Positions 11,101-21,331 are shown, numbered from the stretch's first letter. The stretch: 55,618 nucleotides of DNA from Pseudomonadota bacterium (GCA_043820105.1 JBDREC010000001.1:62001-117618), one strand, 5' to 3'. Translations and numbers: made by a program. Notes: generated from the letters alone by a model not told the origin.

Positions 11101-12745
11101 TCAAATAAAAAAGATTTTAACAAGTCCAGCTTTTATTGAAGAATCATTAATGCATGCTTTTGATGCCCATCAATTCAATCTTCAAGAAATTAATGATCAT
11201 TCAATTTGGATTTCAAGGATTTCTTCTATTCAAAATGAATATTCCTATAGAATTAGCATTACTACAGCTCACGGTAAGCATTATAATCTTCAACTAATTA
11301 TTATGAAGGATCATGAGAAAACTAAAGAAACAATTCAATGGATGATTTCAGAGAACGCATATCCACGTGAAAAGACTGTTTTGCCTGCTGTTGGAGCATA
11401 TCGCAGAGAGTTGAACGCCTTTTCTTTGGCCTTTGTAAATGAGTTGACAACCTGGCAAAGAATTCAATCTCTATCTAATCAACTTATACCAAAAATTGAC
11501 AATCAAAATGTGTCGCTTTGGGAAAACTATTTTACACGGTCATTTATTGCCTTGTTTACAGCATGGATAAACAGTGAGTTTAAAATAGTTCCTGGCATTA
11601 TTTCACCAAATAATATTATTGTTTCCCAACAGGAGTTTAGAGAAGATTCATTAATCTTATCTTTGCTTGGTTGGAAAAAATATAAAAATACTCTTTCTTT
11701 AATTCGTCCGATTATAAAGAATTTTTACCTTTTTACAATAAATCATTATCCGTGGTGTAAACATGAACTGAACTTTGATTGGCTTTTTAATGCTTGTGTT
11801 GAATCTCTTGGCAGGGAAAAGGCTATTGATTTTCTATGCCTTTTAAGGCAAGAGTTTGAGAGAGATTGTGATGTTACATATAAAGATAAATTTTTACAAA
11901 AGCTAGATATCTATATAAAACGGTTTAATATGATTTTCATTCCTAATCTGTCCACCAAGTTCGCCATTGACAGATATCATAAGTGGTTAAGTTTAAATTC
12001 AGAAGCAACATATATAGCAAAGTGTCAAATAATCGAAGAACTTTGTGAACTATATAAAATACATAAATTCGCTGATGTTTATAGATTTTACCTTTATAGA
12101 AAAACCTATTTCAAAAGATCTTCTAAGCTAATAAAAATGAGGTTTGATAAGTTAATTCATAGACTACATTTTTCAACTCGAAAATTTAGAGTTCAAATGG
12201 AGGAGCTTTCAGAATTACAGGATGTTATTACAGAGTTTGAAGACAGAGTTGTTTTCAGTCATCTGGTGTTTCCTAAGACTGGAATGAAAAAGGTTTTCGA
12301 TGTTTCATCAGTTGGATATACTGGTAGTAAGACGATGTTTGTTAAATCAGAAATTGAAGACTTAGATGGTGATAAGTTTGTTGTTCGCGAACCTGTTCAT
12401 GCCTCTGAGATAGGCATTCTTTATAAGATATTTATTAAAGCCGACTTTCCTAAAAAGATGTCTGAAAAAAGCAAATTTATACTTTTAATTGACCACCAGG
12501 ATGAAATTGTTGGAGGAATATCTTATGGTGCTTATGAAACTGATTCAGTAGAAATAGATGGTATTATCATCGTGGACCACCTAAAAAACAAGGGTCTTGG
12601 AACAGCGCTTTTAGATGATTTCATTAGTCGTATGAAGAATCAAAATGTTAAGACCCTTAGAACACCTTTTTTGCTAGTAGATTTTTTTCAATCAAGAGGT
12701 TTTGTTTTGAACAAGAGATGGGGGGGGCTGGTTAAGAAGCTTTGA
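8141..12745 (+). CDS. Long-chain acyl-CoA ligase (AMP-binding) fused to a large unknown region and a C-terminal GNAT domain
   Basis: FTSGSTGMPKG, GFGMTE, TGD, IVDRIKD adenylation motifs; C-terminal KNKGLGTALL acetyl-CoA-binding motif. Confidence 0.8.
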   Translation: MDEIKNFITKLLLLEKSVKEANVSDKLSYSILNLVEKIIKDKDLFKIRKQDWFRYLEASRTSSFLLSLKETDLRYRWAETTFVLIKELKYSFKDLFKNRVKSHPKKVLFKEFEAEDEVDWTYLQIDKKLKQIASCLIKGRKEKPRVAIICQNGIESACCDLACLIYGIFISPINVHSNVETLKYIFEELDLNLAIIDSEETVDKLLLLKNMLKKNIKIYSVNPGLALEKDEARLFQEEYIKITPEEESLLDNYKGIDIEHVSTCMFTSGSTGMPKGVAFTNYNLTTKRFARAAALPEVGPGQVFLAYLPLFHTFGRFLEMLGVIFWNGTYVFAGNPSYETFISKMKKVQPTALISIPIRWVQIRNDYKEQTEGIKDSKQKQKIFREIVGSRLYWGLSAAGYLDPKVFKFFQRESVNLCSGFGMTEGTGGITMTPPHQYKENTVGTALPGVRLKFTELGEMHISGPYIARYLDEIDINKKIDSLYKDVWLPTGDIFTKHENGYLEIVDRIKDIYKNSKGQTVAPKKVEKEFEHVPGIKSTFLVGDGRDYNVLLIVQDSADTVIANSPSKEAIDDYFSRIIIEANLNLPPYERVINFSKLPREFDLNKKELTPKGSFNRKQIETNFKDVIDKLYKDREIRLKYNDFTLLIPLWVYRDLGILEDGFIIKYDSICNSHYNVALKLAYKKKTKRVQIGDLEYFIKGKVIDLGAMIKQPRLWASNPAFINFFPCKEGWDSSYPKISKQVALPKTKGEIYPKSFKVKSAFIKDKNLANVSFVCSQVMFYEPKVAMQSILKLETLLEVSDARLQEVIKRRLEACAYHFNFDIRGNAYRILLMDQPGRNYSKHFPSFLDSGLPFLDDKLIDEISQADLTLPRLSALRQRMHSYRITLKWPTNEGRRRQFSDLFKLLVKYVQYHPEYYSTVRSMLIGWIVNPVDHILAASAEKNFNKLKTWLEKYIKEKQKLSTSFFNKNFNKKVLFTDELTKAEKHQIKKILTSPAFIEESLMHAFDAHQFNLQEINDHSIWISRISSIQNEYSYRISITTAHGKHYNLQLIIMKDHEKTKETIQWMISENAYPREKTVLPAVGAYRRELNAFSLAFVNELTTWQRIQSLSNQLIPKIDNQNVSLWENYFTRSFIALFTAWINSEFKIVPGIISPNNIIVSQQEFREDSLILSLLGWKKYKNTLSLIRPIIKNFYLFTINHYPWCKHELNFDWLFNACVESLGREKAIDFLCLLRQEFERDCDVTYKDKFLQKLDIYIKRFNMIFIPNLSTKFAIDRYHKWLSLNSEATYIAKCQIIEELCELYKIHKFADVYRFYLYRKTYFKRSSKLIKMRFDKLIHRLHFSTRKFRVQMEELSELQDVITEFEDRVVFSHLVFPKTGMKKVFDVSSVGYTGSKTMFVKSEIEDLDGDKFVVREPVHASEIGILYKIFIKADFPKKMSEKSKFILLIDHQDEIVGGISYGAYETDSVEIDGIIIVDHLKNKGLGTALLDDFISRMKNQNVKTLRTPFLLVDFFQSRGFVLNKRWGGLVKKL

Positions 12746-12747
12746 AG

Positions 12748-12782
12748 GGGGAACAAGGGAACAAGAGCGCAAGGGGACAAGG
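12748..12782 (+). repeat. Octamer tandem repeat (GGAACAAG-type)
   Basis: ggggaacaagggaacaagagcgcaaggggacaagg; related copy at 21570-21620 shares gggaacaagagcgcaag. Confidence 0.7.
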
Positions 12783-12823
12783 TGTGGATTGTTTCTGAGG
12801 TCTGAATTGTGGATTCTTAATTC

Positions 12824-14401
12824 TTAATCCTTTTCTTCCCTATCAACTCTTCTAAAAAGCACATGATATCTTTCATCATCGAATTTGGTTGAAAACAGTT
12901 GTTGATAATTTTCATTGAATTCTTTGTTAAAGGCAAAGGCCTTTGAATATCTTGCCATTCCTTTTTTCATTGCTGAAGTATCCAGGACTGGAAGGTTAGA
13001 ATATAAAATAATAAATTTAGGTTTTTTTGAAAGTATTATGTTTGGATTTAATCTTCCATAAGACATGTTTTGTGTCGCTATTTCAATGTTTGCAAGGCCC
13101 CACCAATCAAGAACTTTGCCTTTATATGAGTACGACATTCTTCCGACATCAGAACACGCAACAGTATCATATTTTAATTTTGTTAAATTGTTAAGAAGAT
13201 TGACCATTTCTGTTAAAGAGCTTTCTTCGGCTTGCTGTAAGTGCTTAAATTGAGGATGTGCAAATTTATATATCGAAATATTTCCGTGAACAAAGAAAAA
13301 AACATAAGCAGTGCAAACAATTGCAGTCATAGTGTTTACTATTAATGTATTATATTTTCGTTTTTTAATTTGCCAGAAAAGATAGATGAAAACTTCAAAC
13401 AATAATATTATTATTAAAGGAATGATATGGCTTATAAATCTGCCATTTGGCATCCAGTCACCACCTACTTTAATGATGAATAAAAATTGAGCAGAAATCA
13501 GTGCTATTAAAATGAAGTTCAAACTGTTTTCAATTAATAAAAGCCGTAATTTTTTAAGATCTTTTTTGAGTTTTAAAATGATCAAAAGTGTAAAAGAAAT
13601 AAGACTTATTAAAAAGGTTATTGTAAATATAAATGAGGAATAGTTTGTAAGATAATTTAAGCCAACAAAATATGATTTATGAATTCCTAATTTCGCCATA
13701 GCAGAACAAGGTAATAAATAACCATAATACAAGAAACCAAAAATTTCATAAGCCCCTATTAAAAGAATAAGTACAGCTAACCATGTTAAAAGCCATCTTT
13801 TAAGTTTGTCTTGATAAACAAAAAAGTAAAATATTCTAAAAAAAGCAAAAATTATAGCAAACATAAAGGCTTCAGGGCGTGATAAATATAAGAGAAAAAC
13901 TAAGACAGCAGAAAAATAACCTTTTTTTCGATTAGTCTCAAGATAGAATACAAACACAGATAAAATTAAAAATAAAGCAACTAAACTATTTTCCATGCCA
14001 GTGACAGCCCAAGACATAAAAGGCGATGATAGAATAATCAAAAAAGAAGCGGCTATTGACAAAAAGATATTACGGTTTCTTTTATAAAAAATTAAATTAG
14101 TAAAGATCAAAATAAAAAAAACAAAAATTATTCCCAAAACCTTTGAGCCAATGACTGCCCCATATGGAAGGGCATGTTCAAATGGAATTAGGAATAAAGC
14201 CCATAAAAAAGATGAGGTAGCTTCAATTTTACTGTCTTTTGAAAATACAAGCCCCTCTCCTTCAACATAGTTTTTTGTATGTGCAAAAGTAATATAAGCA
14301 TCATCAATGGTGAAAGGAATAAACTTTGCAAGGTGAATGTAAACAGATGTTATAATAAATATAAATGCAATAATTGCTAATACGAGTCTAAACATCTTCA
14401 T
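12824..14401 (-). CDS. Polytopic membrane GT-C-type glycosyltransferase-like protein
   Basis: IDDAYITF loop after TM1, GMEN, SRPEA and GGDWMPNGRF motifs; many TM helices. Confidence 0.75.
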   Translation of the reverse strand: MKMFRLVLAIIAFIFIITSVYIHLAKFIPFTIDDAYITFAHTKNYVEGEGLVFSKDSKIEATSSFLWALFLIPFEHALPYGAVIGSKVLGIIFVFFILIFTNLIFYKRNRNIFLSIAASFLIILSSPFMSWAVTGMENSLVALFLILSVFVFYLETNRKKGYFSAVLVFLLYLSRPEAFMFAIIFAFFRIFYFFVYQDKLKRWLLTWLAVLILLIGAYEIFGFLYYGYLLPCSAMAKLGIHKSYFVGLNYLTNYSSFIFTITFLISLISFTLLIILKLKKDLKKLRLLLIENSLNFILIALISAQFLFIIKVGGDWMPNGRFISHIIPLIIILLFEVFIYLFWQIKKRKYNTLIVNTMTAIVCTAYVFFFVHGNISIYKFAHPQFKHLQQAEESSLTEMVNLLNNLTKLKYDTVACSDVGRMSYSYKGKVLDWWGLANIEIATQNMSYGRLNPNIILSKKPKFIILYSNLPVLDTSAMKKGMARYSKAFAFNKEFNENYQQLFSTKFDDERYHVLFRRVDREEKD

Positions 14402-14619
14402 TTTTTATAAGTTTTAATCCTATTTCAATTTAAAAAAACGTAACATGAAAATCATATATAATTAAAATAACTAAGACAAGAATTATTAAAAGCGTTCATT
14501 AATTAATGTATAGGAAGTTATGAAAAGGGAACATGGATAATAATATTTAATAGAATATATAGTGTTATCTGATGTTATTGTGGCTTTATGAGTGAGTTGT
14601 TGTAAGATGAATGTTGTTA

Positions 14620-14745
14620 TTAAACACAGAGACACAGAGGTAAGAAAAAAACATATTTAAAGGTTACTTTAAATATGTTTTTTAGGTTTTATTTAAAAGA
14701 ATGAATTGTTTTATCTTCCTCTGTGTCTCTGTGCCTCTGTGTTAA
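14620..14745. repeat. Palindromic non-coding element (ACACAGAG...CTCTGTG) with internal hairpin
   Basis: acacagagacacagagg pairs with cctctgtgtctctgtg; internal perfect stem aaaaaacatatttaaag/ctttaaatatgtttttt. Confidence 0.75.
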
Positions 14746-14929
14746 AAGATCAACTTTCAACTATTCAAGAAGGTTGTTTTTACATAAAAATTTAAATATT
14801 GATTACTTTTGAGACATTTTTGTCCATAAGCTAGATTAAACCACATTGAAAACTAGCATTTTAACATAAAAATAAATTAATCTATTTCCTATCTTAGCAT
14901 AAACATAGGCTTTTTGCTGAAAGTGGAAT

Positions 14930-14945
14930 AGGCATTGAAATTGCT
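14930..14945 (+). promoter_or_regulatory. sigma54 -24/-12 promoter
   Basis: aGGcattgaaattGCt (GG-N10-GC) upstream of ORF at 15022. Confidence 0.65.
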
Positions 14946-15021
14946 TAATATCGTCTGGCTAAAACTACACAGATGTTTTTTGCTTAAATTTATTGCTTAA
15001 ACATGTGGGAAAGGGATTAGA

Positions 15022-16626
15022 ATGTTAAAATCAAAATTATTCATTTTATTTGTATTGCTTCAAATAATTATTCTATCTTCATTTTCGCTATCAGCTCAAA
15101 GCGCTGATAATTCGATTCCAGCTGATATGGAAAGCAGAATTGATGATATGGCTTATGAATTTGCTGATAGACTCAGAGAAATATTAGAGGGTGATATAGA
15201 TGTTTTAGTACCTTCTGAAGAGGTTGCGTTAGATGCACATGAGGTAATGATGCGGGGAACATTTGGTCAACTTGATTTATATCCTGAAGATGATAGTAGA
15301 TATGCGGAACATTATGAAGATAATGAAGTTAGAGGACATCCCGATAATGAAGTTTATGGAAGACATGAATACTTGTCAGATGCTGGTGATTATTCAATGG
15401 CAGAAGCTATAAATGAAGGAAGAATTAATCCAGAACGACTTGAGTTTTCAAGTCATGAGGTTTTAAGAGAGTTTTTGACGGAGTTTGGGCTCAATGAATC
15501 TGTAAGTCTATCCTTAAGGAGACAAATTAGAGCAATATTTACTGAAATGGCTTCAAGGCCAGGTCGTTGGGGCGGGCGAGTAACAACTATAGCAGTAGAT
15601 GAAAATGTAATGCTTGATCGTGTTTTAGAATTGATAATAGCAGATCTTGAAGAACATCATGAGTTATCTGAGATCGATATAGATACAATAGTCATAGTTG
15701 CTGAAGAGCAAATGAAAGCTGCTTTAATAAATGTTTATAAAGATCCTAATCCCAAGAGGGCTTTAATTGCCAAATTAAAAGATGTATTAAGCAAGGAAGA
15801 TGTGACTTGGGATTCTGAAAGAGGACTTGAAATATCACTTCAATCCAAGGTACGAGTAGTTGGAATTTTATCTTTCCTTGTATATGATGAAATTGTAAAA
15901 TTTGATCCAGTTGTTCTGTCTGAAATAATAGAGCCATTGATGCTTTTAACAATGTATTTTGATACTGAAATACAATTCGAGGCATTAAAGCTTTTTAGAA
16001 TCATTATAAGAGTTCACGGCAACAAGCTTGTCATTTCTCCTGACTTGGCCATGTATATCACCTTAACTCTAGGTGAAGCAATGAAAAGCAGCAATGAAGC
16101 TGTCAAGTTTCTGGCAGCAAGTACTGACGCCAGGTTTGAATGGGACTTTAAAGCAGAAAGAGAAAGGCGAAAAGTAGAAGGAATTACCTTGAGAGGATTG
16201 AAATCAAACGATCCTGATGTAAGAAGAGGCGCTAAATCTGGCTTACTATTAGCTTCCTCTGCTCCAAGGACTTTGATAAAGGAATTACAAATTATCATTG
16301 CCAGGGGGGGGCATGGAAAAGATGAGGCTGCCAATATTTTGCGTTCAAAAAATGTTATCACAGCAGCCGAAGAAGCTACTATCATTGGAAGTGGTAGAAG
16401 AAGTGCTGAAGCCTTTGATTTGTTATTAATAAATAAAGGCACTAAAGGTTCTGCTTCTTCATTTGACTTATCAGCAGCCACAGCTGTCGCAACCAGGCTT
16501 GAATCTGCTGACTTAGTAGAAGGAGAAGTAAGAGCAGGTACAGACGCGAAAAGCTTAGAAGATCCAGCCAAAGCAAGAGCTGATGCTCGAGTTAAACCTA
16601 GGATTGATGCAGTTAAAAAGAAGTAG
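15022..16626 (+). CDS. Secreted hypothetical protein with HEAT-like repeats
   Basis: Signal peptide; HEAT-like segments (MKSSNEAVKFLAA, LKSNDPDVRRGA). Confidence 0.7.
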   Translation: MLKSKLFILFVLLQIIILSSFSLSAQSADNSIPADMESRIDDMAYEFADRLREILEGDIDVLVPSEEVALDAHEVMMRGTFGQLDLYPEDDSRYAEHYEDNEVRGHPDNEVYGRHEYLSDAGDYSMAEAINEGRINPERLEFSSHEVLREFLTEFGLNESVSLSLRRQIRAIFTEMASRPGRWGGRVTTIAVDENVMLDRVLELIIADLEEHHELSEIDIDTIVIVAEEQMKAALINVYKDPNPKRALIAKLKDVLSKEDVTWDSERGLEISLQSKVRVVGILSFLVYDEIVKFDPVVLSEIIEPLMLLTMYFDTEIQFEALKLFRIIIRVHGNKLVISPDLAMYITLTLGEAMKSSNEAVKFLAASTDARFEWDFKAERERRKVEGITLRGLKSNDPDVRRGAKSGLLLASSAPRTLIKELQIIIARGGHGKDEAANILRSKNVITAAEEATIIGSGRRSAEAFDLLLINKGTKGSASSFDLSAATAVATRLESADLVEGEVRAGTDAKSLEDPAKARADARVKPRIDAVKKK

Positions 16627-16628
16627 GT

Positions 16629-18014
16629 TTAAGATTCTTTTATTGGCAGAGAAAAGTGAAACTTTGTTCCTAAGCCTTCAGTGCTTTCAACAAAAATATG
16701 ACCCGCATGGGCTTCAATAGCCATTTTGCAAAAAGCAAGCCCTAAACCAGTATCATATTGAGCATTTTTTGACTGATCTTTCACTTTGTAAAACTTGTCA
16801 AAAATTTGATTTAAATGTTTTTGACCAATGCCTTCACCAGAATCGATAATTTGAAAAATATATTTTCCCTCATCTTTGTTAATCATAAGACTTACTTTAC
16901 CTTTTTTCGGAGTATGCTTCACTGCATTTGTGATTAAGTTTTCTAAAATTCTTATAATAAGTTTTTTATCTCCAGATAATATCATTCCGGATTCTATTGA
17001 AAAATCCAGGCTTACTTCGTTTTTACGGGCATAATTTATTAGCCATTTAATATTTGTAATTAATTCTGTAGCTGGAAAAGTTGAAATTTGTGGGGAAAAA
17101 CTATTTTCTTCCATATTCTTAATTTGTAATATGTCCATAATTAAGTTGAAAAGCTGTTTTGCGCTTGATGAAACAGACTCAAGGTGATCGCGTTGTTGCT
17201 GGGTTAATTCACCAAAAATATCATCAAGAAAAAGTTCCATGGTCGTGGAAATATTAAAAAGGGGATTTTTCAGGTCATGAACAAGCATATGTGTTAAGTC
17301 ATCTCTTAATTTTTCAAGTTTTATTCTTTCTGTAATATCACTAATCATTGATAGATTTTTTATAATATTTCCATCTTCATCCGTCATTTCTGTTGAGACG
17401 ATTTCACCGTAAATAGTTTCATGATTTTTGTTTCTGAATTCAATAATACTAGCGCTACTATCATTTGGGTGATTATCTTCTAAAAGGTTTTTGATACGAT
17501 TCTTGCTTTCTTGAGTAATAAATGGTAAAGACTGGATATTGTTGTTTACTATTGTATCTGTCTTATATCCAGACCAATCCTGAATCCTGTCATTTGTTGA
17601 TAGAATATTTCCTGCTTTGTCCATTACCACAATTGCCTGAGGAGATATTTCAAAAATTGATTTATACTGTTTTTCTATATTCTGATAAAACTTGTTGATG
17701 GTCGCAGCCTCAGCTGACCATTTAATGGTTATTGTGATAATAGCTGCCATTGTTATGGCCCAGCCAATAAATATGGGCAAAACAATCATAACACCGGTTT
17801 CAAGGTTCTGATACATCGCCAGGGTTGCAACAACTCCCAGGCAGTACATAGTAAAAAGCCAGCCTGAAATCATTATCAAAACAAGTTTTCCAAAAACAAC
17901 TTTATTAACAGTTTGATAAAATCGATATGTCTTATATAATAGAAATAGGGATCCGGCCATCAGCACAGGCCATCCTGTTACCAAAATAAAAGATCTTAAA
18001 AATTCTAAATTCAT
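16629..18014 (-). CDS. Membrane PAS-domain sensor histidine kinase
   Basis: 3 TM helices, PAS, H-box HDLKNPL, N-box ENLITNAVKH, DSGEGI, TGLGL. Confidence 0.93.
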   Translation of the reverse strand: MNLEFLRSFILVTGWPVLMAGSLFLLYKTYRFYQTVNKVVFGKLVLIMISGWLFTMYCLGVVATLAMYQNLETGVMIVLPIFIGWAITMAAIITITIKWSAEAATINKFYQNIEKQYKSIFEISPQAIVVMDKAGNILSTNDRIQDWSGYKTDTIVNNNIQSLPFITQESKNRIKNLLEDNHPNDSSASIIEFRNKNHETIYGEIVSTEMTDEDGNIIKNLSMISDITERIKLEKLRDDLTHMLVHDLKNPLFNISTTMELFLDDIFGELTQQQRDHLESVSSSAKQLFNLIMDILQIKNMEENSFSPQISTFPATELITNIKWLINYARKNEVSLDFSIESGMILSGDKKLIIRILENLITNAVKHTPKKGKVSLMINKDEGKYIFQIIDSGEGIGQKHLNQIFDKFYKVKDQSKNAQYDTGLGLAFCKMAIEAHAGHIFVESTEGLGTKFHFSLPIKES

Positions 18015-18298
18015 TTTTTTTCTTTTGAATTCATTAATGTTATCTATATTTAGACGGGCTTCAAACCAAGGTCAATTAATTTATATTATCCACCTTCTGT
18101 CGCACTCCAATAATTTTACCATATAATTTTTTTCAGTTTAACATAAAAACCTGAGGATTTAGAAAATTGACTCAATAAAATCAAGGTGATAGCCGAATGT
18201 CCACCATGGCCTCTGTCTTGCTTTATTAATGCACCATGGAATTATAAATAAAATACTGCCCACATGTTTAAATGTATATAACAGGAAGGATTTTGGTA

Positions 18299-19813
18299 AT
18301 GGGTAAAGAGCAAAATTATTCAATATTATTTATATTTAGTTTAATAATTTCATTTCAATTTATTCTGAGTAGTTTTTTATATCCAGTTGCAGACGTACCA
18401 CCCCGGGACAAACTAAAGATGATTTATGTTGCATATCTCAAAAACGGGAAAATATATAAAACGCTTTATTTTAAGGATCGCTTAAAAAAAGCACCCTGGA
18501 TAAATGTTGATGGCCAGCTTATTGGTCTTTTTATTTTTTCCGAGCTTTCAGAAAGCCCAAAATTTTCCTTTCATGATAATAAAGAAAGCGTTTATATGGA
18601 GAAAACAGATGATTCAGCAGAAAAAGCAAACCTTGTTTTTATAAGAAATAATGCTGAAGGTGATCACGAAAGCTATGTTGCCATAACTTGTGCAGGCGGA
18701 TGTACTACAGTTTTCCAGGCCTTAAATCTTGCGATTAAACCAACAACTTATGATGAAGTCTTTTTTAAAAAATATTTGGATGTTCCTGGAAATGAAGCGG
18801 ATGAAGAATTTGATTATTTAAAAGCCCCACAAAACCTTAGTGGCGTTTATTCAATCGGGGCCCTGCCTTTTTTGGATTCTGACATGTATTTACAAGGTCT
18901 TCGTTTTGCCAATGATTTAATGGACCCAATCTTTCCCTCAATGCATCATAACAAAATGATAATTGAATTTGAGGATGGGCAGGAAAAATTCTTTGTTAAT
19001 ATAAACTATAAAAAAGCTGATTTGTTGCGGCTGGTTGAAAACAATGGTTTTCCAATTATTAAGGTTTTTGGAATAGGCAAGCTGGAAAATTTGCGAGCAG
19101 TTTATGGTTTTAATAAAAAAACAGATGCTATAATTGAAGGGATACAGGAAGTGAATGGGTTTATTGGGAGACCAACAATAAGCAAGGTTTATCTTGTGGA
19201 TGTCGGAAATTCCTATATCAACAGGAAGCCCTATGAAAATGATTTGTATATTTCAAGGCAGGCCTTGCAAGCACTGGATGTTTCCGCTCTGAAGTTCAGG
19301 ACTAAGCTAATGGCCCTGGCAGTTTCAGAGATTCAGGATTTTCAGTACTCAGATACTTTTAAAAAAATGTGGTCAGAAGAAAATGACCTTTTACAATTTC
19401 TCACAGGAAATGAATATACAGGCTATTTCATGTCACCCTATTTATATTATAATGAGTATTTTCTTTGCCATATTACTGACGATAATCTTAAGCTTGAGGA
19501 TATTTATTTAGCTTCATTTTATTTATCGATGCTTAATTTCGAAGTATTTGAAAAAAGGATCATATCAGAACAGATTCCTTATGATTATGCCCAAAATTCT
19601 GCTGAAGAAGATATTTGCGGTCCTGATAAAAGCCCTGGGCTTGTTTTTGAAAAGTTAAGTGATGAAACGAGAATTAACACACTTGAAAAATATATAAAAT
19701 TGGCATTAGGCTTTAAATCTTTCTATGAAGGCAATGGAAACAGGATGCAAGAGCTGTTGTGGAATGAGGTAATTGTTAAACTTAATAATATTATGGCCAA
19801 GATTAATTCTTGA
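18299..19813 (+). CDS. Exported hypothetical protein
   Basis: Long ORF; likely start MGKEQNY after GGAAGG; hydrophobic N-terminus. Confidence 0.65.
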   Translation: MGKEQNYSILFIFSLIISFQFILSSFLYPVADVPPRDKLKMIYVAYLKNGKIYKTLYFKDRLKKAPWINVDGQLIGLFIFSELSESPKFSFHDNKESVYMEKTDDSAEKANLVFIRNNAEGDHESYVAITCAGGCTTVFQALNLAIKPTTYDEVFFKKYLDVPGNEADEEFDYLKAPQNLSGVYSIGALPFLDSDMYLQGLRFANDLMDPIFPSMHHNKMIIEFEDGQEKFFVNINYKKADLLRLVENNGFPIIKVFGIGKLENLRAVYGFNKKTDAIIEGIQEVNGFIGRPTISKVYLVDVGNSYINRKPYENDLYISRQALQALDVSALKFRTKLMALAVSEIQDFQYSDTFKKMWSEENDLLQFLTGNEYTGYFMSPYLYYNEYFLCHITDDNLKLEDIYLASFYLSMLNFEVFEKRIISEQIPYDYAQNSAEEDICGPDKSPGLVFEKLSDETRINTLEKYIKLALGFKSFYEGNGNRMQELLWNEVIVKLNNIMAKINS

Positions 19814-19821
19814 TGAATTTG

Positions 19822-20544
19822 CTAAAAGGACCCGAACTTTACTGCGATTACTCCACTGATTCCACTTAATCCGGAATTATCATATCCTGCAGTATTGGTA
19901 AACAAGACAACTCTGTAACTTGTACCAAAATTAAGACGTAAAAAACTGACCACATTAATTTCCAGAGATACTTCAGGCTCTATTATCATGAGCGTATCAT
20001 TGATGGATTCAGAATCGTCCATAAGTGATCCTGAGCCGATAAGCACATTGCTCACCAGATGAAAGAGCTTGTCAGAATAAAAAATGCCTTCCAGGATGAA
20101 GCCTCCGTAAGTTAAAAATAGGGATGAGGTGCTGGACGGAATATCCAAATCATTAACAGTGGAATATCCTCCTCCCCCGACAGACAGCATATGATTTATT
20201 ATCCAGGCTCCTCTGCCGCCCATAAGCAGTCCAAATTCACCATTTACTTCACTGAACTTAATTACCGGCCCACCCATTCCATCAGAGCTGACAGAATTTT
20301 TATCAAACATAGTTTTTTCGCTTTTTTCCTTTTTGGGGTTTTCCTTTTCAAGGTCCACTTCAAACTCTGCATCCTCCTGATCCGTTATTGCTGGGTTTTT
20401 TGCGATATCCTGGGCGATTGCTTTTTCGGGGTCCTTCTGATCTTCAAGACCAGTGCTAGAATCATTATTTTCCTGAGCTTGAATACTAAAAGCTGAAAAT
20501 AAAAATAATAGGATTAATGTAATAAAAAGTTTTTTAGATTTCAT
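19822..20544 (-). CDS. Outer-membrane beta-barrel-like protein
   Basis: Start MKSKK after GGAGG; signal peptide; Gly/aromatic-rich strands; ends KFGSF. Confidence 0.7.
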   Translation of the reverse strand: MKSKKLFITLILLFLFSAFSIQAQENNDSSTGLEDQKDPEKAIAQDIAKNPAITDQEDAEFEVDLEKENPKKEKSEKTMFDKNSVSSDGMGGPVIKFSEVNGEFGLLMGGRGAWIINHMLSVGGGGYSTVNDLDIPSSTSSLFLTYGGFILEGIFYSDKLFHLVSNVLIGSGSLMDDSESINDTLMIIEPEVSLEINVVSFLRLNFGTSYRVVLFTNTAGYDNSGLSGISGVIAVKFGSF

Positions 20545-20611
20545 ATTCAGTAACCTCCAGTTAAGATTATAAATCCATCGGCATCGTAGCAAATGTTCCA
20601 TTTTGGGTCCA

Positions 20612-21331
20612 CTAAAGATCAAAACTTTTCACTTTCTTCTTATCATAATCAATTCGAACTTTTTTCTTTGAGGTCCAGGTTCTGTCGGCACTTCGATTAA
20701 CGATTCCTTCAATGATTTTTTCTAGGGCAGCATCAGCAAGCCACGCTTTAACTGAACTTGGAACAGATGTGCTCGGAACCACCAGGAATTCATATTGTAA
20801 AAAGAAATCATGCTCGCCTGGGTTTGAAATGGTCCAGCTTCCTTTATTAACAGTAGTTCTTCCAAAACCTTTTTCTTTTGGAAGATCTATGTTTGACCAT
20901 GTTTCAATTAATTTGCTTTTTGAAAGCTCAAAGGGATCAACTAAAGTCTGATATTTTAAATCATTACATGGCCATGGAAGATCCATTAATGCTGTTTGAA
21001 CAAATGTTCCATCTTTCTTTGGTGCTTCACAGACTGTTGGGAACTTTTTGCTTTGGCCAGGCAGAAAATTTGCATAGTTTTTCCAATCTCGTATAGCTCT
21101 AACAAAATTTTCTTTGGAAGTTGGTACGTACATTCTGGCAATAACTTGTGGAATGTCAGTTCCCTGGGCTTTTACTTTCATATAGTAAATTGGATAAGAA
21201 GTCCCATTTTTTTGCTTATATTTTGAACCATACTTATTATAGTAGTCATCTAAGTTTTCAGAAAAAGCTGTGAAGATAAATCCAAGGAGAAGTGAAAAAA
21301 TCATAATCTGTTTTATTAGCTTCATTTTCAT
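20612..21331 (-). CDS. Secreted START/SRPBCC-like lipid-binding protein
   Basis: Signal peptide; DWKNYANFLP, MDLPWPCND, NKGSWTI, VPSSVKAW pattern. Confidence 0.65.
   Translation of the reverse strand: MKMKLIKQIMIFSLLLGFIFTAFSENLDDYYNKYGSKYKQKNGTSYPIYYMKVKAQGTDIPQVIARMYVPTSKENFVRAIRDWKNYANFLPGQSKKFPTVCEAPKKDGTFVQTALMDLPWPCNDLKYQTLVDPFELSKSKLIETWSNIDLPKEKGFGRTTVNKGSWTISNPGEHDFFLQYEFLVVPSTSVPSSVKAWLADAALEKIIEGIVNRSADRTWTSKKKVRIDYDKKKVKSFDL

Noticed and set aside
16014-16571. 185-aa antisense ORF and similar short overlapping ORFs across the track
   Set aside because: Antisense or out-of-frame shadows of longer, better-supported genes
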